The translations under genes and the position numbers were made by a program. The notes under the pieces are model-generated. The model was not told the origin of the DNA, did not search any database, and saw only the letters and a list, made by a program, of their open reading frames with translations. From positions 179,267 through 243,266 of the forward strand of contig JAFSOD010000004.1 of the NCBI GenBank assembly GCA_017447165.1: a DNA stretch of 64,000 bases, written 5' to 3'. Shown here piece by piece: positions 1 through 9,665 of the stretch (its first letter is position 1; every line of letters starts with the position of its first letter). The stretch comes from Bacilli bacterium (lineage in GTDB: Bacteria; Bacillota_I; Bacilli_A; RFN20; CAG-826).

Positions 1-126
1 ATTGAATTCGACATAATGCTGCTTTTTAATCATCTCAAATCGATGAGGGTCATTCTCTTCAATATATTCAAAAGTCTTATACTCATCTAAAAATTTTTGC
101 GTTATTTCTGCGTTATATGTAGCCAT
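1..126 (-). CDS. N-terminal part of an unidentified protein (gene runs off the window)
   Basis: Reverse complement of 1-126 reads ATG GCT ACA TAT AAC... giving MATYNAEITQKFLDEYKTFEYIEENDPHRFEMIKKQHYVEFN with no stop before the window edge. It is not in the ORF track because it is under 60 aa within the window. Confidence 0.3.
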   Translation of the reverse strand, partial: MATYNAEITQKFLDEYKTFEYIEENDPHRFEMIKKQHYVEFN

Positions 127-195
127 AAATCAACATATCCCTTCTTATTTATAAATTAACACTTATATCGAAATAAATATCTATTTAAATTATAT

Positions 196-226
196 CAAAA
201 AGTCGCCACTATGGACGACTTAATTT
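196..226 (-). terminator. Rho-independent terminator downstream of fic (copy A of a duplicated hairpin)
   Basis: On the minus strand the sequence is AAGTCGTCCATAGTGGCGAC followed by TTTTT. It is near-identical to the hairpin at 1445-1475. Confidence 0.5.
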
Positions 227-383
227 TCATTGATTTTAGCCCTTGCTTTCTTTAATCTTCTGGTTTTACATTGTTTCTATGATAATCATGAATAAGACTA
301 ATAAAATTGAAACAAAGAAAGATTGATACGGCCAATAACGCTACCCCTGCAATTAGAATAGCAATATCAAAAAACCAAAATAA

Positions 384-1355
384 TTATAAGATCTCCCAAT
401 AGCCAAATCTTTTGCCGTTAATTCTTTTGATTTTATTATTTTTAACCAAGGTAGCAGTGACGTTTTTAATGGTTCGTGGAGATACTCCAATTTTATTTGC
501 TAATTCATCGATGCTTATTTTTGGATTTGCTTTAATTAATTCGACAACACGCAGCTCTCTTGGTAAAGGTGCATCATTCTTCCTATCAATGCTGATACGT
601 AAATCTCTATTTCTTAATGAGTTATGTTCGTTAAGAAGTAAATTTCTTAAAAATAAAATCAAATAGGATTTGTCATCATTGATCCCTTTTCCAATGAATC
701 TAAAGTTCGCTCTCACCAAGGCGTTTCTAAAATACCACGCATTTTTAGCAAAGACATCATTAGTAACATCGAAACCCAATCTTCTTAAATATTTGATAAA
801 GAATACCGCAGTAGTTCTAGTGTTGCCTTCTTGAAATGCATGAATCTGCCAAAGATTTGAAACGAAGGTTGCTAAATGTTCGATAATTTCATCTTTTGAT
901 AAACCAATATAATTAAATTTTCTTTCAGAATCAAAATCGTATTCTAAAGTCGATTGAAGTTCATGATAATCGCCATAAATTACAGATCTTCCATCAAGAA
1001 CCCATTCCTTTTTAATATAATTAAAATCTCTTAATTTTCCAGCGTGATTAAACACACCATCAAACAAACGTTTATGAATACTAACCAGCTGACCTACTGT
1101 AAATGTGAAAGAATCATCTGAAATGATTTGAGCAATTCTATTTGAAACAATGTCGGCTTCTTCAGTTCTTTCATCTTCGCCAGGTTTATTTTCATAATAT
1201 GAATTAATAATTTTGTCTAACTCATCCAAAGATATCTTTCCATTAATATATTTGTCTGCTTGTGACAAAAAATAAGATGAGTTTTTTAATCCATCAACAT
1301 CTTGTAGTCCGATTCCTGTTTCTATAAGGTATTTATTAGAATATTTATTTTCCAT
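384..1355 (-). CDS. Fic/DOC family protein with C-terminal winged-helix HTH
   Basis: 323 aa. The Fic motif HxFx(D/E)GNxR is present as HAFQEGNTRTT, and the C-terminal segment KISIDELANKIGVSPRTIKNV is HTH-like. Confidence 0.75.
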   Translation of the reverse strand: MENKYSNKYLIETGIGLQDVDGLKNSSYFLSQADKYINGKISLDELDKIINSYYENKPGEDERTEEADIVSNRIAQIISDDSFTFTVGQLVSIHKRLFDGVFNHAGKLRDFNYIKKEWVLDGRSVIYGDYHELQSTLEYDFDSERKFNYIGLSKDEIIEHLATFVSNLWQIHAFQEGNTRTTAVFFIKYLRRLGFDVTNDVFAKNAWYFRNALVRANFRFIGKGINDDKSYLILFLRNLLLNEHNSLRNRDLRISIDRKNDAPLPRELRVVELIKANPKISIDELANKIGVSPRTIKNVTATLVKNNKIKRINGKRFGYWEIL

Positions 1356-1444
1356 AGGAAAATATTATCATAGTTTGTCCCAAAGTGCAATTCCAAAGTG
1401 CAATTATTAGATTTTTGCCCTTTGAAATAAAGTGATGTTGTTAT

Positions 1445-1475
1445 AAAAAAGCCGTCCATTTTGGACGACTTAATT
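1445..1475 (-). terminator. Rho-independent terminator downstream of rpsR (copy B of the duplicated hairpin)
   Basis: On the minus strand the sequence is AGTCGTCCAaaaTGGACGGC followed by TTTTTT. Confidence 0.5.
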
Positions 1476-1492
1476 CAATTGTCTGATTTTAA

Positions 1493-1720
1493 TTAATCAG
1501 CAACATATGGGAGAAGAGCCATGAATCTCGCATTTTTAATTGCGACAGCTAATTCTCTTTGATGTTTTGCACACGTACCAGTTGTTCTACGTGGAGAAAT
1601 TTTTCCATTAGAAGCAATAAACATTTTCAATGTTTCAACATCTTTATAATCGATGTGGGTAATGTTATTTTTCTTGAAGTAACAGACCTTCTTGTGTGGT
1701 CTAACTTTTTTAAACGCCAT
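1493..1720 (-). CDS. rpsR: 30S ribosomal protein S18
   Basis: 75 aa containing [63 protein letters not shown], the canonical S18 sequence, in the rpsF-ssb-rpsR arrangement. Confidence 0.95.
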   Translation of the reverse strand: MAFKKVRPHKKVCYFKKNNITHIDYKDVETLKMFIASNGKISPRRTTGTCAKHQRELAVAIKNARFMALLPYVAD

Positions 1721-1736
1721 TATTTATCTTCCTTTC

Positions 1737-2171
1737 TTAGAATGGGAGATCGTCATCAGTAATTTCAATACTGTCTAAGCTCTTTGATTCGTCGGCTGGA
1801 ACCACATCATCAAATGGTGGAAGTTCGATTTCTTCGTTTGCGACTTCTTCTGCTCTCTTCTCTAAGAATTGAACAGAGTCACATAACACTTCGATGACAC
1901 TGGTTTTAGAACCATCTTGACGGATGAAGCTTCTTTGATTAAGACGACCTTCGACTCCAACTAATAAACCCTTACGGGCAAATTTAGAAACTGTTTCCGC
2001 GGTGGTTGTAAAGGCGGTACAAGGAATAAAGCTTGTGCCTTTGCTTCCATCAGGATTTTTCATTCTGTTGTCTAAGGCAACTGTGAATGTACAGACAGAG
2101 TTTCCAGATGTTGTTTTTCTTAATTCTGGGTCTCTAGTTAAGCGACCCACTAAAACGACACGATTAATCAT
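1737..2171 (-). CDS. ssb: single-stranded DNA-binding protein
   Basis: MINRVVLVGRLTRDPELR OB-fold N-terminus and acidic C-terminal tail DDDLPF, located between rpsF and rpsR. Confidence 0.95.
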   Translation of the reverse strand: MINRVVLVGRLTRDPELRKTTSGNSVCTFTVALDNRMKNPDGSKGTSFIPCTAFTTTAETVSKFARKGLLVGVEGRLNQRSFIRQDGSKTSVIEVLCDSVQFLEKRAEEVANEEIELPPFDDVVPADESKSLDSIEITDDDLPF

Positions 2172-2185
2172 TTAAATGATCCTCC

Positions 2186-2476
2186 TTATTTGTGTTCTAC
2201 AACAATAAGATGACGTAGGACACTTGGGTTGATACGGACTAAACGATTGAATTCACTAATCGCTTTGTTATCCATACTGACCTTAAGTACAACATAGTAG
2301 CCCTTAGTTTGTTCCTTAATTGGATAAGCAAGTTCACGTAAGCCCATGGATTCGCTGGTTTCTTCAACCTTACCACCATTATCAGTGATAATCTTAGCAA
2401 GCTTTTCCATAACTTCTTTACGTTGTGCTTCTTCTAAGTCGGCTCTTAAAATGTACATAATTTCGTATTTGCGCAT
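2186..2476 (-). CDS. rpsF: 30S ribosomal protein S6
   Basis: MRKYEIMYILRADLEEAQRKEVMEKLAKII matches the S6 N-terminus. Confidence 0.95.
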   Translation of the reverse strand: MRKYEIMYILRADLEEAQRKEVMEKLAKIITDNGGKVEETSESMGLRELAYPIKEQTKGYYVVLKVSMDNKAISEFNRLVRINPSVLRHLIVVEHK

Positions 2477-2578
2477 TTTCTTTTCCTCCTTGGTCTAACG
2501 GCTATTAACTTTAATTAATAGCAGAGTATTTGCTAACTTTAGCATATGTATTATACATATCGCGCATAATCTTGTAAA
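2477..2578 (-). promoter_or_regulatory. rpsF promoter (-35 TTTACA, 17-nt spacer, -10 TATAAT) plus a structured 5' UTR that may be an S6:S18 leader
   Basis: On the minus strand the promoter reads TTTACAAGATTATGCGCGATATGTATAAT. The UTR has hairpins GCTAAagTTAGC and CTATTAAttaaagTTAATAG ahead of SD GGAGG. Confidence 0.4.
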
Positions 2579-2987
2579 GAAACAAATCCTACGTCAATAA
2601 ATCACCTTATTTATCTATAATGGCGGAATAAATATATCTACTAGGTGATAAGTGTTGACAATTACCCAGTTATGGTTTACTTTATTGCTGTTGAGTGAGC
2701 CTAGCTATGCTAGTGCTTTTTTATTATGTATACCAGGTAACATAACAAAGCTAACACTATAATGAAGTCATTCATTAATAGCACCTCCTTTAACAACCCC
2801 TTAGCCTTATCCTCCAAAAGGACCAGATAAGCCCAAAAGAAACCATTAAAAGAAACAACTTATTGACGCCCATGGGCATCAGTTAAGAGTAAGAAGTAGC
2901 CTCTAGTTGCGTCCAACTATAATAACTACCACTCATATATATAAAGACGGAAAAAATCGGCTTCCTTGTGAAAAAAAGTTTAAAAAG

Positions 2988-3022
2988 TTTTATTAAAAAA
3001 AGAAAACTGGCTGAAGCCAGTT
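2988..3022. terminator. bidirectional palindromic terminator after mscS
   Basis: AACTGGCTgaaGCCAGTT is flanked by A and T runs. Confidence 0.6.
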
Positions 3023-3890
3023 AGTTTTTGATATTTCTATCAGTGGAACAAGGGATATAAATTCCTTTTTCCTTAAATGCAAGATACACTCTTTCAGTTA
3101 ATTGGTTATATAATGTCCAATAATCTTCAAACTTGGTCCAACATCTAAGCCTCATATTAATCGAATATTCTTTGAAGCTTTCCGCGTACACCATTGTCTT
3201 TTCTGGATTAATCACTAATGGCTCATCTTTAATGACTGAGGCCAATGCTTCTTTTACTACTTCAAGGTCGCTATCATAGCTCACTCCAACATCAAAGTCG
3301 ATTCTTCTTTCTCCTGTGGCGGTGAAGTTAGTGATAACCGCACTGGCCATATTCTTATTAGGAATGATAATCTTTTGACCTTGGAAGCTAGTTAAGATAG
3401 TTGAAAAGAAATGGACTCTTTTAACAATACCTTCACATTCTCCAAATGCGTTTTTAACTAAAATGTGGTCGCCTGTTCGGATAGTCTTTTGATTTATAAT
3501 CAATAAGCCTGAGAAGAATGATCCCACTAAATCTTGTAAAGCTAAACCAAGGGCGACACCAACAGAGGCGATGATTCCGCCCATTCCTGATAAATTGATT
3601 TTTAAAACACTACAAACAATAAAGCCAACAGCAATCCAAATTAAGAATTTAATTAATCCTAAGATAATTAGTTTAGCAGAAACATCAATATCAGGTCCTC
3701 TTTTGACCTTAAATAGTTTTTTAAGTAGTGGGTTAAATAATTTAAGAACCAGCCAAGTAAAAATGATAATAGCAATCGCTACACCAATACGAGAAAGATA
3801 GTTAATACCAGAGTCATCAGGTTTCCAGAAAAAATCTGCAAACTTTTGCCAGAAATCTACCCATCCTTGCCAAGCATCTAATGTTTTCAT
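3021..3890 (-). CDS. MscS-family small-conductance mechanosensitive channel
   Basis: 289 aa with N-terminal TM helices and the MscS beta-domain region (IIIPNKNMASAVITNFTA...). Confidence 0.85.
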   Translation of the reverse strand: MKTLDAWQGWVDFWQKFADFFWKPDDSGINYLSRIGVAIAIIIFTWLVLKLFNPLLKKLFKVKRGPDIDVSAKLIILGLIKFLIWIAVGFIVCSVLKINLSGMGGIIASVGVALGLALQDLVGSFFSGLLIINQKTIRTGDHILVKNAFGECEGIVKRVHFFSTILTSFQGQKIIIPNKNMASAVITNFTATGERRIDFDVGVSYDSDLEVVKEALASVIKDEPLVINPEKTMVYAESFKEYSINMRLRCWTKFEDYWTLYNQLTERVYLAFKEKGIYIPCSTDRNIKN

Positions 3891-3972
3891 AGTGTTATTA
3901 TTTTATTAATAAATAGTGTTTTTCGCAACAAAAAATACGACCATTGGAGGCCGTATCTTTTTTGAAAAAGAA

Positions 3973-4512
3973 TTAATAATTTTTAGCTTGTCTTTCGAAA
4001 TAGCTCTTTGGATGTTTACAAGTTGGACAGAGCTCAGGAGCTTCTTTACCAACGTGGATATGTCCACAATTTCTACATTTCCAAATGACAACATCATCAG
4101 CCACAAAGACTTTTCCTGATTTCACTTTTTCAAGTAAAGCAAGATATCTTTCTTCGTGTTCTTTTTCAATCTTACCAACTAATTCGAACTTGCAGGCAAT
4201 TTCAATAAAACCTTCTTCACGAGCGACTGCTGCCATTTCTTTATACATTTCAGTCCACTCATAGTTTTCACCTTCAGCAGCGGCTTTTAAGTTCTCTTCT
4301 GTAGTAGGAACAGCACCACCATGGAGGTATTTAAACCATAATTCAGCGTGTTCTTTTTCATTATCTGCTGTCTCTTGGAAGATTGCAGCGATTTGCTCAT
4401 ATCCTTCTTTTTTAGCTTTAGAAGCAAAGTAAGTATATTTGTTTCTAGCTTGAGATTCGCCAGCAAAAGCGATTTCTAAATTCTTCTCAGTACGACTACC
4501 TTTTAATTCCAT
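3973..4512 (-). CDS. rbr: rubrerythrin
   Basis: Ferritin-like di-iron motifs (EHAELWFKYL, EKEHEERY) and a C-terminal rubredoxin-like segment CRNCGH...CPTCKHP. Confidence 0.9.
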   Translation of the reverse strand: MELKGSRTEKNLEIAFAGESQARNKYTYFASKAKKEGYEQIAAIFQETADNEKEHAELWFKYLHGGAVPTTEENLKAAAEGENYEWTEMYKEMAAVAREEGFIEIACKFELVGKIEKEHEERYLALLEKVKSGKVFVADDVVIWKCRNCGHIHVGKEAPELCPTCKHPKSYFERQAKNY

Positions 4513-4527
4513 ATGTTAATTTCTCCT

Positions 4528-5697
4528 TCACTTATTATAAATAACTTTTGGTCCACTGTCCTTAACAAATATTTCTTGAACATTATTTTCTCCGTAGTGT
4601 TCTTTCATTTTTACTAAAACTTTTTCTAGTTTAGAAGTAGGAACTAAAGCAATAACACTTCCTGCAAAGCCACCACCATTAATTTTGACAGCCCCTTGAT
4701 TATCGCTATATTTCATTAATAAATCACACGCTTCTAAAGGTGAACCTTCGTAGTTAGATCCCACCATCATATTTTTTAAATATTTAGTGGAAGATTCTCT
4801 TGATTCATTAATCATTTTTAAAAATGTTTCTTGTTCATTATCCTGTAGTGCTTTAAAAGCATTTCTCACTCTAGAATTTTCTCCATAAAAATGTTTAGCT
4901 CTTAAATAAGCCATCTCACTCATCTCACTTTTATGAGCTTCTACTTCCTCAAAAGTACCTTCGACTAAATAATTATGTCCACACGCTTTAGCGGCTTCAT
5001 ACATATCACTAGGTATAGAAGAATATAAATCACTGAGAGATGAATGATCTCCACCAGTATTTACTAAAACAAAGTGTAAATCTTTAAATGGGAATTCAAT
5101 TTGTTCAACTAGAGGATCATCAATATTTTTAAAGTCAATTTTTACAACTCCACCAAAACCAACTCCAATTTGATCCAAAAGACCACTTTTCTTTCCAAAA
5201 TATTCATTTTCTGCGTATTTTCCAGCTTTACAAAGTTCTAATTTAGAGATCTTGCCATTATTAAATAAAACATTAAAAATGTGTCCCACTAAAAGTTCGA
5301 AAGCAGCAGAGCTAGATACGCCCGCTCCTTTAAAGATTGTGGATTCGCTATAAGCGTTAAATCCTCCAACTTTGTAGCCATGTTCTTTTAAATAAGCAGC
5401 AACTCCTCTTATTAATCCTTTTGAAGTTGCGTATTCTTTTTCATTCGCGTTTAAATCAGATAAATCTACTTCATCTAACTCAAAACCTAGAGATTGAAAT
5501 AAGACTTTATTAGAGTCGTTTTTACTAACTGAAGCAACAATTTCTAAATTACAAGCACTGGCTAAACATAGACCGTGGTTATGATCTGTATGATTGCCTA
5601 AGATTTCAAAGCGTCCACCACAGGAAAAAACATGTTCAGTGTCACTAACAAATATCTTTTTATATTCAGATAATAATTTAGAAACGTTATCTTCCAC
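4528..5697 (-). CDS. galK: galactokinase (GHMP kinase)
   Basis: Galactokinase signature GGRFEILGNHTDHNHG and GHMP motif GAGVSSSAA. Confidence 0.8.
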   Translation of the reverse strand: MEDNVSKLLSEYKKIFVSDTEHVFSCGGRFEILGNHTDHNHGLCLASACNLEIVASVSKNDSNKVLFQSLGFELDEVDLSDLNANEKEYATSKGLIRGVAAYLKEHGYKVGGFNAYSESTIFKGAGVSSSAAFELLVGHIFNVLFNNGKISKLELCKAGKYAENEYFGKKSGLLDQIGVGFGGVVKIDFKNIDDPLVEQIEFPFKDLHFVLVNTGGDHSSLSDLYSSIPSDMYEAAKACGHNYLVEGTFEEVEAHKSEMSEMAYLRAKHFYGENSRVRNAFKALQDNEQETFLKMINESRESSTKYLKNMMVGSNYEGSPLEACDLLMKYSDNQGAVKINGGGFAGSVIALVPTSKLEKVLVKMKEHYGENNVQEIFVKDSGPKVIYNK

Positions 5698-6254
5698 TAT
5701 TTGATTTTTCTTCCTTCTGAAAATGCTTGTCCAACTTTTTTACCCACAACATAATAGCCATGGTTAAAAGGATCATATGAAATGATTTGCATTTTTTCTA
5801 AATCAACTTTACCGTTTTCATCTAGATATTTATCATCCACTAAGAGTTGAACAATATTACCAATAATTCCATAGTCCTCTTTAAAACATTCAAGTGTACA
5901 CTCTAAAGAATAAGGTAAGTCATCTAAAATTGGCGCGTCCACTAATTCACTCTTATGAGCTTTCCAACCAGTTTTTTCAAACTTCTTTGGATCATTTTTA
6001 CTAGATACAACACCAACAAAATCCGCTGGAACCATATTGCTAACATTAGCCAAAGAAACAGTAAAGGCTTTTCTTTTTCTAATATTCTCAGTTGTGCGAT
6101 GAGAATCAGAAATATTAAGTTCGATTTGTTTTGTGTCAAATGCGCATCCCCAAGCCGCGTTCATTACATCGATAGAACCATCATCATTGTAGGTTGCTAT
6201 TAAAATTACAGGCATTGGGAATATTGCTGGGCAAATATTCATTTTCTTTTTCAT
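5697..6254 (-). CDS. flavin reductase-like FMN-binding protein
   Basis: 185 aa. The segment PMPVILIATYNDDGSIDVMNAAW is typical of the flavin-reductase split-barrel family. Confidence 0.7.
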   Translation of the reverse strand: MKKKMNICPAIFPMPVILIATYNDDGSIDVMNAAWGCAFDTKQIELNISDSHRTTENIRKRKAFTVSLANVSNMVPADFVGVVSSKNDPKKFEKTGWKAHKSELVDAPILDDLPYSLECTLECFKEDYGIIGNIVQLLVDDKYLDENGKVDLEKMQIISYDPFNHGYYVVGKKVGQAFSEGRKIK

Positions 6255-6257
6255 AGA

Positions 6258-7418
6258 TTATTCCTCCTCATTTTCACATATATAATTCATTAATCTATTA
6301 CAAGCATCTATTAAATTGCTTCTTGGAGTAGCGATATTTAATCTAATATATCCTTCTGCTGATTTTCCATAGTTAATTCCAGGCGCAACAACTAAGCCTG
6401 TAGATTCTTTTAGTCTTTTTACAAATAACCTTGAATCTTTACTATAATAAGAAATATCAATCCATACTAAATAGGTATAAGTTCCGCTGACAATTTTAAA
6501 ATTCGGATGGTTTTTGCGCAAAAATTCAATCAAAAATGTTCTATTTTCATTTAAATATGAGTTTAATTGATCTACATACTCATCTCCACAAGTAAAAGCA
6601 GTAATAACCGGATCAACTGCAAAATAATTTGGTTCACCAATATCGTCTTGCCAAAACCCGTTTTGCACCATTTCTTTTAACTCGTTATTAGGGATAATAG
6701 CTACTGAAGAATGTAATCCAGCAACATTAAATACCTTACTAGGAGATAACAATGTAATTACTTTGTCGTATTGAGTGACTCCACTATTTAAAATAGAGAT
6801 ATATCTTCCTTTATTTAGATCAATATCGCCATGAATTTCATCAGATATTACATAGACATTATTTTGTTTACATAGGTTAATTATCTTATTTAATTCATCT
6901 ATTGTAAATTTTCTTCCTAGTGGATTATGAGGATTACATAATAAGAAAAATTCCGCTCCATGTAGTTGAGTTTCTAGTTTTTTCCAATCAATACTAAGAT
7001 CTTTATCTAGAATAAATTCACACTCCTTTAGAACTAAATTATTGTTTTTGATACAGTTAAAAAACACATTATAAACAGGGGTGAACATTACAACTTCATC
7101 TTTTGGTTCACCTAAATGTTTAAATATAGAATCAATTGAGGCCACAACTGATTTAGAAAATATAAACCAATCTTTTTCTAATGTTGTGCTATGTCGATCT
7201 CTCCACCAACGAATATATGCTTGGTAATATGAATCAGGGACAAATGTATAGCCATAGCAAGCTTGCTCTGCCCTAGCTTTAATTGCTTTTTTTATTTCTG
7301 GCATAGCCATAAAATCCATGTCGGCAATATCTAAAGGAAGTTCACCTTCATTTACATTCCAACGAATACTACATGATTCTTTTCTATTTATAGAAGCATC
7401 AAAATTATATTTGCTCAT
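6258..7418 (-). CDS. PLP-dependent aminotransferase class I/II, MalY/PatB-type C-S lyase
   Basis: 386 aa. PLP-lysine region LSPSKVFNVAGLHSS and overall MalY/PatB-like layout. Confidence 0.75.
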   Translation of the reverse strand: MSKYNFDASINRKESCSIRWNVNEGELPLDIADMDFMAMPEIKKAIKARAEQACYGYTFVPDSYYQAYIRWWRDRHSTTLEKDWFIFSKSVVASIDSIFKHLGEPKDEVVMFTPVYNVFFNCIKNNNLVLKECEFILDKDLSIDWKKLETQLHGAEFFLLCNPHNPLGRKFTIDELNKIINLCKQNNVYVISDEIHGDIDLNKGRYISILNSGVTQYDKVITLLSPSKVFNVAGLHSSVAIIPNNELKEMVQNGFWQDDIGEPNYFAVDPVITAFTCGDEYVDQLNSYLNENRTFLIEFLRKNHPNFKIVSGTYTYLVWIDISYYSKDSRLFVKRLKESTGLVVAPGINYGKSAEGYIRLNIATPRSNLIDACNRLMNYICENEEE

Positions 7419-8253
7419 TGATGATTATCTCCGTTTTAGAAACATCAATTTTATCTTTTTCTAATATTAACTTTTTTATGCCTTTGCATTCAATTCTTCC
7501 AGAGATTGGATTTTTAACTGAATCAATAACACTTTTGACTTTTATATCTAAACGAGAACAATATTCAAAACATAAATCAGAATCAATTAGTTCACAATTA
7601 ATCATTTTAACGTTATCCATATAGCATAATCCCTGGTGTGAAATGATTTTGCAGTTTATAAACGTCACATTTTTACTATTCCAAGCTAGATACTCTCCAA
7701 TAATCGTAGAATCTGTAACAACGACATTTTCGACATTCCAAAAAGCATCTTTGGTTTTCAAAACTGAATTATGGATCTTGATGTTTTTTGCCCCATCAAA
7801 GCCATAATTTCCATCTAAAGATAAATTTTCAATTTCTAACTCTTCAGAATTAAAACCAAAATAATCGCCTTTAACTTCAATATTAATTAATTTAACACCC
7901 TTACATTTCCAAAGTGTTTCATCTGCATGCGGTAATTTAACATTTATTAAGGATATAGATTCACTTCTTCTAAATGTTTTAGGAGCTTCGATTATTGTAT
8001 CTATTATTTCAATGTTTTTTGTGTACCATATTCCGCTTCTTGCGGTATATAACAATTTTGAATTTCTTACTTTAACATTCTGGCAATACCATAATGGGTA
8101 TTTCCATTGAAAAGTTGATTCAATTATTTGGATATCTTTGCTTTCCTTTAATGGAGACTCTCCATCATGAAAATAACATTTATGAAAAGTGGCCTCACTA
8201 GTCATAAACATCGCTCGCTCACCACTAAAAGACTGTTCGTTATAATATTTCAT
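7405..8253 (-). CDS. DUF3737-family protein
   Basis: 282 aa with repetitive beta-helix-like segments. Family assignment is from memory of similar clostridial proteins. Confidence 0.45.
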   Translation of the reverse strand: MKYYNEQSFSGERAMFMTSEATFHKCYFHDGESPLKESKDIQIIESTFQWKYPLWYCQNVKVRNSKLLYTARSGIWYTKNIEIIDTIIEAPKTFRRSESISLINVKLPHADETLWKCKGVKLINIEVKGDYFGFNSEELEIENLSLDGNYGFDGAKNIKIHNSVLKTKDAFWNVENVVVTDSTIIGEYLAWNSKNVTFINCKIISHQGLCYMDNVKMINCELIDSDLCFEYCSRLDIKVKSVIDSVKNPISGRIECKGIKKLILEKDKIDVSKTEIIINEQI

Positions 8254-8254
8254 A

Positions 8255-8932
8255 TTATTTACTTTGTTGAATTAAACTATCAAGATAGTTAATTAGGCTA
8301 TCAACACCTTCATTTTTTATAGAAGAAAGAGCAAATATTTTTGCTTCAGGATTTCTAAATAATATATTCTCTTTAGCCTTAGAAAGATCAAAATCAAAAA
8401 TATCAGCGACATCCATTTTAGAAATGACCGCGATTTTACTGACTTGGAACATAAGAGGATATTTTAATGGTTTATCGTGTCCTTCAGAAGTTGATAATAA
8501 CATCATGTTTATATTACTGCCTGTATCAAATTCAGCAGGACAAACAAGATTACCGACGTTTTCTAGTATTAATAAGTCTAAATCATCTACCCCAAAAGCT
8601 TTTAAGGCATCTTCCACCATTTGAGCGGTCAAATGACACGCTCCAGAAGTATGAACTTGAATGACTTTTACGCCGGTATTCTGACTAATTCTTTCCGCAT
8701 CAACATCCCCATCAATATCCGCCTCAAGAACACCAATACGGTATTTAGATTTTAAAGAATTAATTACTCTAGTTAATAAAGTAGTCTTTCCACTACCAGG
8801 GGAGGCCATGACATTAATAAAATAAATGCCTTTTTCTTTTAAAAATGCTCTTAAAGAGTCTGCTTTCTTATTATTTTCAATTAATATATCTTCTTTGACT
8901 TTAACAATTTGAATATCCATGTGTAATATCAT
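8255..8932 (-). CDS. hypB: HypB-type nickel-insertion GTPase (paralog 1)
   Basis: P-loop SPGSGKTTLL, CH metal motif HTSGACHLTA, ENVGNLVCPAEFDTG, NKxD-like SKMD. Confidence 0.8.
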   Translation of the reverse strand: MILHMDIQIVKVKEDILIENNKKADSLRAFLKEKGIYFINVMASPGSGKTTLLTRVINSLKSKYRIGVLEADIDGDVDAERISQNTGVKVIQVHTSGACHLTAQMVEDALKAFGVDDLDLLILENVGNLVCPAEFDTGSNINMMLLSTSEGHDKPLKYPLMFQVSKIAVISKMDVADIFDFDLSKAKENILFRNPEAKIFALSSIKNEGVDSLINYLDSLIQQSK

Positions 8933-8981
8933 ACCACAAAATAAAATATTTTATTTTAATATTTTTAATTTTCTAGATATA

Positions 8982-9665
8982 ATGATGAGGATGGAAAAAG
9001 TAAGAACTATTCTATTGAATCGTTCTGCCTATGCAGATAATGATCAAGAAGCTGATGAGCTAAGAAGCTATTTAAAAGACCACCAAACATTTGTGGTTAA
9101 TTTAATGTCTTCTCCAGGAGCGGGTAAAACCACTACTCTAATTAAATTAATCAACATTCTTAAGAAAGATTTTAAAATTGGGGTAATGGAAGCGGATATC
9201 GATAGTGATGTTGATGCAGTTAATGTCGCTAAAGAAACTGGAGTGACATCTATTCAATTACACACTAACGGAATGTGTCACTTAGATGCTGGCATGACTA
9301 AAACTGGACTAGACGGCATTAACTTCAATGATTTTGATCTTATTTTCTTAGAAAATGTTGGTAATCTTGTTTGCCCTGCCGAATTTGATACCGGGGCCTC
9401 TATGGATATGATGATTCTTTCTGTCCCTGAGGGCGATGATAAGCCAATTAAATATCCACTGGTGTTTGAAAAATCAAAACTAGTGCTCATAAATAAGATC
9501 GATGCTCTTCCATATTTCGACTTTAATATAGAGAAATGTATTTCTAATATTAAATACCGTAATAAAAATGCTACAATAATACCGATAAGTGCAAAAACAG
9601 GTAAAAATATCGATTTAGTCGCTAAATATTTCAAAGATATAGTTTCAAATTGGAGGAATAGCTAA
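8982..9665 (+). CDS. hypB: HypB nickel-insertion GTPase (paralog 2)
   Basis: SPGAGKTTTL, HTNGMCHLDAG, ENVGNLVCPAEFDTG, NKID. The ORF track starts at 8919, but an internal ATG near 8982-8991 after a TATAAT box is more plausible. The stop overlaps the next gene start (TAATG). Confidence 0.8.
   Translation: MMRMEKVRTILLNRSAYADNDQEADELRSYLKDHQTFVVNLMSSPGAGKTTTLIKLINILKKDFKIGVMEADIDSDVDAVNVAKETGVTSIQLHTNGMCHLDAGMTKTGLDGINFNDFDLIFLENVGNLVCPAEFDTGASMDMMILSVPEGDDKPIKYPLVFEKSKLVLINKIDALPYFDFNIEKCISNIKYRNKNATIIPISAKTGKNIDLVAKYFKDIVSNWRNS

Noticed and set aside
412-666. Numerous 60-140-aa ORFs on the strand opposite to long genes (for example 412-666, 5955-6203, 10079-10421, 20713-21132, 34037-34294, 41036-41287, 60994-61392)
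   Set aside because: They lie entirely inside well-supported genes on the other strand, are low-complexity or mirror-frame artefacts of AT-rich codon usage, and lack SD sequences.
8919-8981. ORF-track start of hypB paralog 2 at 8919 (MCNIIPQNKIFYF...), overlapping the divergent hypB
   Set aside because: The N-terminal extension is AT-rich promoter-like sequence including a TATAAT box at 8976-8981 and lacks an SD. Internal ATGs at 8982-8991 give a normal HypB N-terminus.
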